Part shown: positions 8,238 to 16,640 of the stretch, one piece after another
Position numbering within the stretch: position 1 is the first letter of the stretch
Layout of the letters: every line of letters starts with the position of its first letter
From: Candidatus Krumholzibacteriota bacterium
Lineage (GTDB): Bacteria; Krumholzibacteriota; Krumholzibacteriia; LZORAL124-64-63
Length of the DNA stretch: 24,478 nucleotides
NCBI GenBank assembly: GCA_039714075.1
Contig: JBDLKA010000050.1
Span: 1-24,478 of the forward strand
Direction of reading: 5' to 3'
Notes under the pieces: model-generated
Told to the model about the DNA's origin: nothing
Databases searched by the model: none
Seen by the model: the letters and a program-made list of their open reading frames with translations, nothing else
Position numbers and translations under genes: made by a program

Positions 8238-9254
8238 ATGCCTTTGATTCCCATGCGCGTCATGCTCGACCACGCCGCCGAGAACGGTTACGGCGTCGGC
8301 GCCTTCAACGTCAACAACATGGAACAGATCCAGTCCATCATGATGGCGGCCACCGAAACCAACAGCCCGGTGATCGTGCAGGCCAGCCGCGGGGCCCGCT
8401 CATACTCCAACGACAACTACCTGCGCCACCTGATGCTGGCCGCGGCGGAACTGAATCCCGCCGTGCCCATCGCCATGCATCAGGACCACGGCAACAGCCC
8501 GGCGACCTGCTTCAGCGCCATCGACCAGGGTTTTACCAGCGTGATGATGGACGGCTCGCTGCAGGAGGACGGCAAGTCGCCCTCTTCATACGAATACAAC
8601 GTGGACGTGACGAAGCAGGTCGTGGCCAAGGCCCACGCCCTGGGCGTGACGGTCGAGGCGGAGATCGGCTGCCTGGGCGGGATCGAGGACGGACACGGCG
8701 CCGGTCTGACCGGCGAAGAGGCGCTGGAACATCTGACCGACCCCGAAGAGGCCGAGCGCTTCGTGGCCGACACCGGCTGCGATGCCCTGGCCGTCGCCAT
8801 CGGCACCAGCCACGGGGCCTACAAGTTCACCCGCAAGCCCACCGGCGACGTGTTGAAGATGGACCTCATCGCCGAGATCCACCGCCGCCTGCCCGACACC
8901 CACCTGGTCATGCACGGTTCGAGTTCGGTGCCGAAAGAATTGATCGACATCATCAACCAGTACGGGGGCGAGATGCCCGAGACCTACGGCGTGCCTGTCG
9001 AGGCCATCCAGGAAGGCATCAAGCACGGTGTGCGCAAGATCAACGTCGACACGGACAACCGGCTGGCCATCACCGGCGCCATCCGCAAGGTGTTTTCCGA
9101 AACACCGGGAAAATTCGACCCTCGCGATTACCTGAAACCCGCCCGTGTGGCCATGGCCGAAGTGGTCAAGGCCCGCATGATCGCCTTCGGCCAGGCCGGG
9201 TGGGGGGACAAGGTGCCCGTCGTCAGCCTGGATGAGATGGCCAAACGCTACTAG
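8238..9254 (+). CDS. fba: Class II fructose-bisphosphate aldolase (CbbA-like subtype)
   Basis: [69 protein letters not shown] before ATG 8238. Confidence 0.96.
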   Translation: MPLIPMRVMLDHAAENGYGVGAFNVNNMEQIQSIMMAATETNSPVIVQASRGARSYSNDNYLRHLMLAAAELNPAVPIAMHQDHGNSPATCFSAIDQGFTSVMMDGSLQEDGKSPSSYEYNVDVTKQVVAKAHALGVTVEAEIGCLGGIEDGHGAGLTGEEALEHLTDPEEAERFVADTGCDALAVAIGTSHGAYKFTRKPTGDVLKMDLIAEIHRRLPDTHLVMHGSSSVPKELIDIINQYGGEMPETYGVPVEAIQEGIKHGVRKINVDTDNRLAITGAIRKVFSETPGKFDPRDYLKPARVAMAEVVKARMIAFGQAGWGDKVPVVSLDEMAKRY

Positions 9255-9280
9255 CCGGCAAGGTGAAAGGACCGATATAG

Positions 9281-10477
9281 ATGTACGGGAAATTCGGAGA
9301 GGTCCTGCGGGCGGAGCTGGACTCCATCAGGGAGCAGGGCCTGTACAAGGACGAGCGCATCCTCGAGGGGCCCCAGGGCGCCGAGATCACCGTGGGCGGC
9401 AAGACCGTCCTGAACTTCTGCGCCAACAACTACCTCGGGTTGGCGGCCGATCCGCGGGTCGTCGAGGCGGCCCGCAAGACCCTTGACAAGTGGGGGTACG
9501 GGCTCAGTTCGGTGCGCTTCATCTGCGGCACGACGTCCCTGCACAAGCAGCTCGAATCCGAAATGAGCGACTTCCTCGGCACTGAGGACACCATCCTCTA
9601 CGCCGCCTGTTTCGACGCAAACGGCGGGGTGTTCGAACCCCTGCTGGACAAGGACAGCGCCATCATCACCGACCAGTTGAACCACGCCTCGATCATCGAC
9701 GGCGTGCGGCTGGCCAAGGCGCAGCGGTTCATCTACAACCACGCGGACATGGACCATCTGGAGACCCAGCTGAAGGACGCCCAGGGGGCCGATTTCCGCC
9801 TGATCGTGACCGACGGCGTATTCTCCATGGATGGCCACCTGGCGCCCCTGCCCGAGATCTGCGACCTGGCGGAAAAGTACCGGTCCATGGTCCTGGTCGA
9901 CGACAGCCACGCCACCGGGTTTACCGGGCCGACCGGCCGGGGCACCCACGAAAAGTTCGACGTCATGGACCGGGTGGACCTGATCACGACCACCCTGGGC
10001 AAGGCCCTGGGCGGCGCCCTGGGTGGTTGCACCAGCGGCAAACGCGAGGTCATCGAATGGCTTCGGCAGAAAAGCCGGCCCTACCTGTTCAGCAATTCGC
10101 TGCCCATGATGATCTGCGGGGCCGCCCTTGAAGTGCTGCGCATCCTGCGCGAGGATCCCGGGCCGCTCAAGACCCTGGAAAAGAACCAGATGCGCCTGCG
10201 GAACGGCCTGCGTGAGCTGGGCTTCGACGTGGACCAGGGCGACCATGCCATCATCCCGGTGCATTTCCGCAAGCATGACAACGACGCCATCGTGGCCCAG
10301 GGGATGGCCGCCGATCTGCTGGACGAGGGCATCTACTGCATCGGGTTCAGTTTTCCCGTCGTGCCGCGGGGGCAGGCGCGGATCAGGCTGCAGGCCTCGG
10401 CCGCCCACACCGACGCCCACGTGGACCGCTGCCTGGAGGCTTTCGCCGCCGTGGGCCGGAAACACGGAGCGATCTAG
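9281..10477 (+). CDS. kbl: Glycine C-acetyltransferase (2-amino-3-ketobutyrate CoA ligase)
   Basis: LNFCANNYLGL, SSVRFICGT, LNHASIIDGVRL, DGVFSMDG, TLGKALGG (PLP lysine), SRPYLFSNSL, FPVVPRGQARIR. Confidence 0.95.
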   Translation: MYGKFGEVLRAELDSIREQGLYKDERILEGPQGAEITVGGKTVLNFCANNYLGLAADPRVVEAARKTLDKWGYGLSSVRFICGTTSLHKQLESEMSDFLGTEDTILYAACFDANGGVFEPLLDKDSAIITDQLNHASIIDGVRLAKAQRFIYNHADMDHLETQLKDAQGADFRLIVTDGVFSMDGHLAPLPEICDLAEKYRSMVLVDDSHATGFTGPTGRGTHEKFDVMDRVDLITTTLGKALGGALGGCTSGKREVIEWLRQKSRPYLFSNSLPMMICGAALEVLRILREDPGPLKTLEKNQMRLRNGLRELGFDVDQGDHAIIPVHFRKHDNDAIVAQGMAADLLDEGIYCIGFSFPVVPRGQARIRLQASAAHTDAHVDRCLEAFAAVGRKHGAI

Positions 10478-10525
10478 CAGTTTTTTTGGTTTACGATAAT
10501 TTAAAATAGATAAATGAAGTCAGGT

Positions 10526-10554
10526 TTGCTTTTTAGGGGGGTAAAGCCTATCTT
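10526..10554 (+). promoter_or_regulatory. Putative sigma70 promoter for fusA with AT-rich upstream (UP-like) tract
   Basis: TTGCTT (10526-10531), 17-bp spacer, TATCTT (10549-10554), preceded by the very AT-rich 10480-10520. Confidence 0.6.
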
Positions 10555-10671
10555 GCCCCGCGCAACGTCTGCGGCCTGCAACTCGGGTAGGGGCAGACGT
10601 GTGTTTTTGTACCTGAAATGGGGTATATTCTGTCGGTGGGAATCAGCCCGCCGCGAACCGGGACAAGGGAA

Positions 10672-12759
10672 ATGACTACAGATCTGGAAATGATCAGGAA
10701 TATCGGGATCAGCGCTCACATCGACTCGGGCAAGACGACCCTGACCGAGCGCATCCTCTACTATACCGGACGTATCCGCGATATCCACGAGGTGCGTGGC
10801 AAGGACGGCGTGGGCGCCACCATGGATTCCATGGAACTGGAACGCGAGCGCGGCATCACCATCCAGAGCGCAGCCACCTACACCACATGGGACGGGCATC
10901 ACGTCAACATCATCGATACCCCCGGCCACGTCGACTTCACCATCGAGGTCGAAAGGGCGTTGAAGGTCCTGGACGGCGCCATCCTGGTGCTGTGTTCGGT
11001 AGCCGGCGTGCAGAGCCAGTCCATCACCGTGGACCGGCAGATGAAGCGCTACAGCGTGCCCCGCATCGCCTTTGTCAACAAGTGCGACCGTTCCGGCGCC
11101 AATCCCGCCCGGGTCACCGAGCAGCTGTGCGAAAAGCTGAAGCACAACGCGGTGATGATGCAGATCCCCATCGGCCTGGAGGACAAGCACGAAGGCGTGG
11201 TCGACCTGATCACCATGAAGGCCTACACCTTCGAGGGCGACAACGGGGAAAAGATCGTCGAAGGCGAAATCCCGGCCGCCCTGCAGGTGGAAGCCGACGC
11301 GCGGCGTGAAGCCATGCTCGACGCGGTGAGCATGTTCAGCGACGACCTGATGGAGGCCATCCTCGAAGAGGCCGTCACCGAGGAGATGATTCACGACGCG
11401 GTGCGCAAGGGTGTCCTGGCCAACGAACTGACCCCGGTGTACATGGGCAGCGCCTACAAGAACAAGGGCGTCCAGCTGATGCTCAACGCCGTCATGCGCT
11501 ACCTGCCGTCGCCCACGGACATTGATAATACTGCTATCAAGATTGTTAAGGGCGGCGAGGAAGAGGAGTTCATCCTTTCCAACAGCGTCGAGGACGACCT
11601 GGTCTGCAACGCCTTCAAACTGGAAGAGGGGCCGTACGGTCAGCTGACCTACGTGCGCATCTACCAGGGCGTGCTCAAAAAGGGCGCGGACATCTACAAC
11701 AGCCGGACGGGCAAGAAGGTCAAGGTCGGTCGGCTGGGGCGGATGCACGCCGACCAGATGGAGGAGATCGAAGTAGCCTCCGCGGGCGACATCATCGCCC
11801 TGTTCGGGGTGGATTGCGCCAGTGGCGACACCTTCACCGCCGGCGAGCGTATTTCCCTTTCGAGCATGCACGTGCCCGAACCGGTGGTCAGCCTGGCCGT
11901 CGTGCCCGAGGACAACAAGGCCGCCACGAATATGTCCAAGGCGCTGCACCGCTTCACCCGCGAGGATCCGACCTTCCGGACCTCCCAGGACCCCGAAACC
12001 GGGGACACGATCATCAGCGGGATGGGTGAGCTGCACCTCGAGGTCTACATCGAGCGGATCAAGCGCGAGTTCAATGCCGTGGTCACCACGGGTGCGCCGC
12101 AGGTCAAGTATCGCGAGACCATCACCCAGACGATCGAGTTCGACTACACCCACAAGAAGCAGACCGGCGGCTCCGGCCAGTACGCCAAGGTCCAGGGCCT
12201 GATGGAGCCCAGCGAGGACGGCGAATTCAGCTTCGAGAGCAAGGTGGTCGGCGGGCGCATTCCCACCGAATACATCGGCGCCTGCAAGAAGGGCTTTCAG
12301 CTTTCCATCGTCGAGGGCCAGTACATCGGCGCCCCGGTCCAGGGCATGAAGGTGACGATGTTGGACGGAAACTCCCACGCGGTGGACTCGTCGGACATGG
12401 CCTTCCAGACGGCTTGCCGCGCGGCCTTCCGCGAGTTCTACAAGAAGGGCAAGCCCGTGGCCCTGGAACCCCTGATGCTGGTGTCCATCGAAGGTCCCAG
12501 CGAGTACCAGGGCGACATCATCAAGACCCTGATGCAGCGGCGGGGCGTGATCGTCGGTACGACCGAGGACGAGGGTTTCGTCCGGGTGGACGCCAACGTG
12601 CCGCTGGCCGAGATGTTCGGCTACGCCACGGTCCTGAGGTCGTCCACCCAGGGCAAGGCGGAGTTCACCATGGAATTCGCCCGGTACGCGCCGGCTCCCG
12701 GCGAGGTGGCCGAGGAACTGGTCAAGGAATACGTCGAGAAAAAAGCCCAGGGCAAATAG
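10672..12759 (+). CDS. fusA: Elongation factor G (spdEFG1 / mitochondrial EF-G1-like type)
   Basis: [81 protein letters not shown]. The [12 protein letters not shown] segment is typical of the EFG1 type. Confidence 0.97.
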   Translation: MTTDLEMIRNIGISAHIDSGKTTLTERILYYTGRIRDIHEVRGKDGVGATMDSMELERERGITIQSAATYTTWDGHHVNIIDTPGHVDFTIEVERALKVLDGAILVLCSVAGVQSQSITVDRQMKRYSVPRIAFVNKCDRSGANPARVTEQLCEKLKHNAVMMQIPIGLEDKHEGVVDLITMKAYTFEGDNGEKIVEGEIPAALQVEADARREAMLDAVSMFSDDLMEAILEEAVTEEMIHDAVRKGVLANELTPVYMGSAYKNKGVQLMLNAVMRYLPSPTDIDNTAIKIVKGGEEEEFILSNSVEDDLVCNAFKLEEGPYGQLTYVRIYQGVLKKGADIYNSRTGKKVKVGRLGRMHADQMEEIEVASAGDIIALFGVDCASGDTFTAGERISLSSMHVPEPVVSLAVVPEDNKAATNMSKALHRFTREDPTFRTSQDPETGDTIISGMGELHLEVYIERIKREFNAVVTTGAPQVKYRETITQTIEFDYTHKKQTGGSGQYAKVQGLMEPSEDGEFSFESKVVGGRIPTEYIGACKKGFQLSIVEGQYIGAPVQGMKVTMLDGNSHAVDSSDMAFQTACRAAFREFYKKGKPVALEPLMLVSIEGPSEYQGDIIKTLMQRRGVIVGTTEDEGFVRVDANVPLAEMFGYATVLRSSTQGKAEFTMEFARYAPAPGEVAEELVKEYVEKKAQGK

Positions 12760-12826
12760 CCTGGAGTTAACCGGAAATCGAATTGTCATCCTGAGTGTGG
12801 GATCCAATAAGCGAGTGAGGAAGACG

Positions 12827-13534
12827 ATGGTTGAAAAAAGCATGATCGAACGCAGCCCCGTCCGGATTTTCGACCGGGCCATCGGCGGCGGTCTTGGTGA
12901 GGGAGAACTGGGTGTGGTCCTGTCGCGTCACGGGGTGGGCAAGACCGGATTTTTGATCGGCCTGGCCGTCGACAAGCTGCTGCAGGGAAACAAGGTGCTC
13001 TATATCTCGACCAAGGAGAGCGTCGAGCACATCAACAACTTCTTCGATCAGATCTTCCATGCCATGGCCGGGTCCCTGGACATGGACCAGATTCCCCAGA
13101 AGCAGCTGCGCATGGAACGCAACCGTTACATCCATGTCTACAACCGCAAGACGTTTTCGGTGGAGAAGCTCCAGCAGTCGGTCGAATTCCTGAAGGACGC
13201 CGCCGGCTTCGAGCCGGACATGGTCATCATGGACGGCACCCCTCGTTTCGAGAATACCGAGGAGTGGGAAATCCAGGGTGTCATGAAGCTGGCCGCCGAG
13301 TGGGGCGCCGAGCTGTGGACCAGCAGCAACACGCACCGCGAGGGCCAGGAGATGGACGCCCGGGGCGTACCCGCCGATGTCGCCCGGTTCGATGATTACC
13401 TGAGCGTCATCATCAACCTCGAGCCGGACAGTGACCACGTGAAGGTCAAAATCCTCAAGGAACACGGCAGCACCGAGCTTCCGCAGGTCCAGATGGAACT
13501 GGATCCGAAGACCCTGCTGCTGCGCTGGCGATAG
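12827..13534 (+). CDS. Single-domain RecA/KaiC-superfamily P-loop ATPase, function unknown
   Basis: GGGLGEGELGVVLSRHGVGKT (Walker A in KaiC/RadA context), KVLYISTKE, MVIMDG (Walker B). GAGG RBS-like sequence before ATG 12827. Codon bias matches the neighbouring genes. Confidence 0.8.
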   Translation: MVEKSMIERSPVRIFDRAIGGGLGEGELGVVLSRHGVGKTGFLIGLAVDKLLQGNKVLYISTKESVEHINNFFDQIFHAMAGSLDMDQIPQKQLRMERNRYIHVYNRKTFSVEKLQQSVEFLKDAAGFEPDMVIMDGTPRFENTEEWEIQGVMKLAAEWGAELWTSSNTHREGQEMDARGVPADVARFDDYLSVIINLEPDSDHVKVKILKEHGSTELPQVQMELDPKTLLLRWR

Positions 13535-13542
13535 GCGCGATC

Positions 13543-14265
13543 ATGGCCGACCCGCAGGTGGCCGCAAATCTGGACGGGGTCCGTGAAAGGATCGCCGGGG
13601 CCTGCGCCCGGGCGGGCCGTCCCGGGAATTCGGTCCGCCTGGTGGCGGTCAGCAAGAAGATTCCCCTGCCGCTGATGGTCGCGGCCTGCCGGGCCGGACA
13701 GTGGGACCTGGGGGAGAACAGGATCCCCGAGGCGGTGGAACGGCAGCCCGAACTGGCTCGTCTTCTGACGGAGGCCGGGTTGCCCGCGGACAAGGTGCGC
13801 TGGCATTTCATCGGGCACCTGCAAAGCAACAAGGCCGGCAAGGCAGCCGGCCGTTTTCATATGTTGCACAGCGTGGATTCCCTCAAGCTGGCCGAAAAGC
13901 TGTCCCGGCTGGCCGGGGAGGCCGGCCGCACCGAGACGATCCTGCTGGAAGTCAACATTTCCGCCGAACCCCAGAAAAGCGGCTTTTCCGCGGACGAAAC
14001 CGGCGAAGCGGTGGCCCGGATCGCCGAACTTCCCGGCCTGGATCTCCAGGGTCTGATGGGGATGGGACGGTATGGAGCCGCTGAGGACGAGTTGCGGAGC
14101 GGTTTTTCTTCGCTTCGGCGTCTGGCCGAAACCGCCCGCTCGGCCACCGGTCTGCCCCTGCCGGAATTGAGCATGGGCATGAGCGGCGATTTCGAAGCCG
14201 CCATCGCCGAAGGCAGCACCCTGATTCGTGTCGGTGGGGCCATTTTCGGACCCCGCCAGGCCTGA
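13543..14265 (+). CDS. yggS: Pyridoxal phosphate homeostasis protein (YggS/PLPBP)
   Basis: LVAVSKK (PLP lysine), LGENR, WHFIGHLQSNK, HSVDS, LSMGMSGDFEAAIAEGSTLIRVG.AIFG. Confidence 0.95.
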   Translation: MADPQVAANLDGVRERIAGACARAGRPGNSVRLVAVSKKIPLPLMVAACRAGQWDLGENRIPEAVERQPELARLLTEAGLPADKVRWHFIGHLQSNKAGKAAGRFHMLHSVDSLKLAEKLSRLAGEAGRTETILLEVNISAEPQKSGFSADETGEAVARIAELPGLDLQGLMGMGRYGAAEDELRSGFSSLRRLAETARSATGLPLPELSMGMSGDFEAAIAEGSTLIRVGGAIFGPRQA

Positions 14266-14306
14266 TGGTTTTCCACCGGTCAAAAACAAGCCGGAAGGGT
14301 TGAGAT

Positions 14307-14555
14307 ATGGCCATTACGAAACTGGCAGTGGCCATTCTGGAGGTCTATTCCTGGCTTATCGTCGTGCGGGTGATCATGAGCTGGGTGAATCCCCGGCCCC
14401 GTAACGAGCTTCTATTGATGGTCATCCGCGTGACCGAACCCCTTCTGGGCTTCCTGCGTTCGCTGGTGCCTTTGCGCGGCCTCGACCTTTCGCCCATCCT
14501 GGCATGGCTCTTGTTAAAACTCCTCATGAGATTGATCGTTCAAGCAGGCTCCTGA
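14307..14555 (+). CDS. yggT: YggT/YlmG family membrane protein
   Basis: YSWLIVVRVIMSWVNP...RVTEPLL..LRSLVP.GLDLSPILA signature, located between yggS and divIVA. Confidence 0.92.
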   Translation: MAITKLAVAILEVYSWLIVVRVIMSWVNPRPRNELLLMVIRVTEPLLGFLRSLVPLRGLDLSPILAWLLLKLLMRLIVQAGS

Positions 14556-14620
14556 TACGGATTGTTGATCTATTGTGATCGGGAATTCGGGGCCGGCACC
14601 CGCAGTTGGAGGAGATTGAC

Positions 14621-15607
14621 ATGAGGATCACGCCACTCGACGTTCGCAAACAGGAATTCCGCAAAGCTGTCCGAGGCTTCGATTGTGACGAAGTCCGGGC
14701 CTTTCTTTCGACTCTCGCCGACGAGTACGAAACCGTGCTGGTCGACAACAAGCAGATCCGCGAGATGCTCATGGAGCAGGAAGACAAGATCCAGGAATAT
14801 GTGGGCATGGAGCGCAATCTCCGGGACACCCTCATGACCGCCGAACGCGTCATGCAGGAAACCCGGGACAACGCCAGCAAAAAGGGCGACCTGATCATCA
14901 AGGACGCCGAAATCAAGGCCCGCCAGGTGCTCGAGGAGTGCCGCCTGCGCACCGAGGAACTGCGCCGCGAGATCATGTCCCTGCGCAAGGAAAAGGAATC
15001 GTATCTGGGGCGCTTCAAATCCCTGGCCGAGGCTCAGATCAAGTTCGTGGAGACCCATGCCAGCGACTTCGAGGACCTGGACAACCGCCTGACCGATATC
15101 GTCGATTCGGTGGTGGCCACCGCCGGCCAGAAACGCCGCAAGACCGACAAGGTCGCCGCCCGGAAGCCGGGCCCGGGCCACAAGCAGGTGCCCGGACCGG
15201 CCGCTGCCACGGCCACGGCCGCCCCTGTTGTGCTGGATCCTTTCGCCGCCGAAAACCGGATCGAAGGCGACCCTTCGGCTCCCAGGGACAAGGCTCCGGA
15301 CACGAATGAAACCGCCCAGACCGGGCAGGATATCCTCGAGGTGGCCCCTCCGGCCACTCCGGTGGAAAACGACATCTGGCGTGACTACAATCCGGGCGAG
15401 AGCGGCAAGGAAGCCGAAAATCCCGGCTCCATCTCCGATATGGTGTCGGAGTCCCTGGCCGAAAACAAAAACGAAAAAACCACGGCCGGCGTTGATAAAC
15501 CGGAGGGCGAAAAATCCCGGGATGCCGACAAGGCCATGACTGACGGACCGGTCCTGACCAAGAATGCCGAACCCGTGGTAGCAGGCTCTTCCACGGACAC
15601 CATCTGA
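14621..15607 (+). CDS. divIVA: DivIVA-domain protein with long disordered C-terminal tail
   Basis: N-terminus MRITPLDVRKQEFRKAVRGFDCDEVRAFL, then coiled coil (LRDTLMTAERV...IIKDAEIKARQVL). GGAG RBS before ATG 14621. Confidence 0.9.
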   Translation: MRITPLDVRKQEFRKAVRGFDCDEVRAFLSTLADEYETVLVDNKQIREMLMEQEDKIQEYVGMERNLRDTLMTAERVMQETRDNASKKGDLIIKDAEIKARQVLEECRLRTEELRREIMSLRKEKESYLGRFKSLAEAQIKFVETHASDFEDLDNRLTDIVDSVVATAGQKRRKTDKVAARKPGPGHKQVPGPAAATATAAPVVLDPFAAENRIEGDPSAPRDKAPDTNETAQTGQDILEVAPPATPVENDIWRDYNPGESGKEAENPGSISDMVSESLAENKNEKTTAGVDKPEGEKSRDADKAMTDGPVLTKNAEPVVAGSSTDTI

Positions 15608-15679
15608 CGGGCCGATAAGCCGCATTCCCGGGCCCGCGGGCCCGGTGCGGAAGAACCCTCAATCTCACTGCGGGAACTG

Positions 15680-15710
15680 GCGGGAATCCACGGATTCCCG
15701 CTTTTTTCTT
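15680..15710 (+). terminator. Intrinsic (rho-independent) terminator after divIVA
   Basis: GCGGGAATC-CACG-GATTCCCGC stem-loop followed by TTTTTTCTT. Confidence 0.85.
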
Positions 15711-15737
15711 GGTGGCTCGCGGGGGTCATGTTAATTT
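15709..15737 (+). promoter_or_regulatory. Putative promoter for pnp-ileS
   Basis: TTGGTG, 17-bp spacer, TAATTT with an extended-10 TG, immediately after the terminator. Confidence 0.4.
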
Positions 15738-15780
15738 GTCTCGTCCCGGAAACCCCCTTTTTTCCACCTGGAGGGCCGTC

Positions 15781-16608
15781 TTGAAGGACATGTGGCAGCA
15801 GATCGAGGAAGCCGCCGGCTTCATCCGGACCAAAACCGAATTCGAGCCCGAAATAGGGCTGATCCTGGGGACAGGCCTGGGTGAACTCGGGCACCGCATC
15901 GAAACCGACTGCGCGATTCCCTACGGCGATGTGCCGCATTTCGTGGAATCCACGGCTACCAGCCACGACGGCAAGCTGGTTTTCGGCAAGCTGGGCGGGC
16001 GCCGGGTCGTCGCCATGCAGGGCCGGGTCCACTATTACGAGGGCTACAGCATGCAGCAGATCACCCTGCCGGTCCGGGTGATGAAGGCGCTCGGCTGCCA
16101 GGCCCTGCTGATGAGCAATGCCGTCGGCGGCATGAATCCCCAGCTGGGACCGGGTGATATCACGGTCATGACCGATCATATCAACCTGATGGGGGACAAC
16201 CCCTTGATCGGCTGGAACGACGACCGCCTGGGCCCGCGTTTTCCGGACATGTCCGAACCCTACGACCGGGAATTCCTGGCCACCATGGAAGAGGTGGCCC
16301 TGGATTTGAGGATTCCCCTGAAAAAGGTCGTCTACGCCGCGGTGGCGGGCCCCAACCTGGAAACAGGGGCCGAATACAGGTTCCTGCGGACCATCGGGGC
16401 CGATACCGTGGGGATGTCCAGTGTGCCGGAGTGCCTGTCCGCCATCCACGGCGGCATGAAGGTCATCGGCATGTCCGTGGTCACGGACGCCTGCTTCCCC
16501 GACGCCCTGAAGCCGGCCAACGTGGAAGAGATCATCAAGGTGGCCAATGCGGCGCAGCCCGATCTCGAGGCCCTGGTGACCGGTTTTCTCGACAAGGTGA
16601 CCCTGTAA
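15781..16608 (+). CDS. punA: Purine nucleoside phosphorylase, trimeric (PunA/XapA) family
   Basis: IGLILGTGLG, MQGRVHYYEGY, NAVGGMNP, DHINL, GPRFPDMSEPYD, GPNLETGAEY, VGMSSVPE. TTG start at 15781 follows GGAGG; ATG 15790 is an alternative. Confidence 0.93.
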   Translation: MKDMWQQIEEAAGFIRTKTEFEPEIGLILGTGLGELGHRIETDCAIPYGDVPHFVESTATSHDGKLVFGKLGGRRVVAMQGRVHYYEGYSMQQITLPVRVMKALGCQALLMSNAVGGMNPQLGPGDITVMTDHINLMGDNPLIGWNDDRLGPRFPDMSEPYDREFLATMEEVALDLRIPLKKVVYAAVAGPNLETGAEYRFLRTIGADTVGMSSVPECLSAIHGGMKVIGMSVVTDACFPDALKPANVEEIIKVANAAQPDLEALVTGFLDKVTL

Positions 16609-16640
16609 AGGATCCAACCGCCAAAGGATGCAACGGAACG

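Noticed and set aside
8238..9254. CbbA-like aldolase as evidence for a Calvin cycle
   Set aside because: This subtype is common in heterotrophs, and no RuBisCO or phosphoribulokinase gene is in the window.
11521..11551. Possible dif (XerCD) site in the AT-rich fusA patch
   Set aside because: Only TGTTAA matches the XerD arm, there is no XerC arm with a 6-bp spacer, and the site is intragenic.
10501..12882. 793-aa antisense ORF opposite fusA
   Set aside because: Shadow frame caused by strong GC3 codon bias; no recognisable motifs.
15709..15724. GGTGGCTCGCG resembling a T-box upstream of pnp-ileS
   Set aside because: Lacks the UGGNACC core, lies downstream of the terminator rather than before it, and no stem I is evident.
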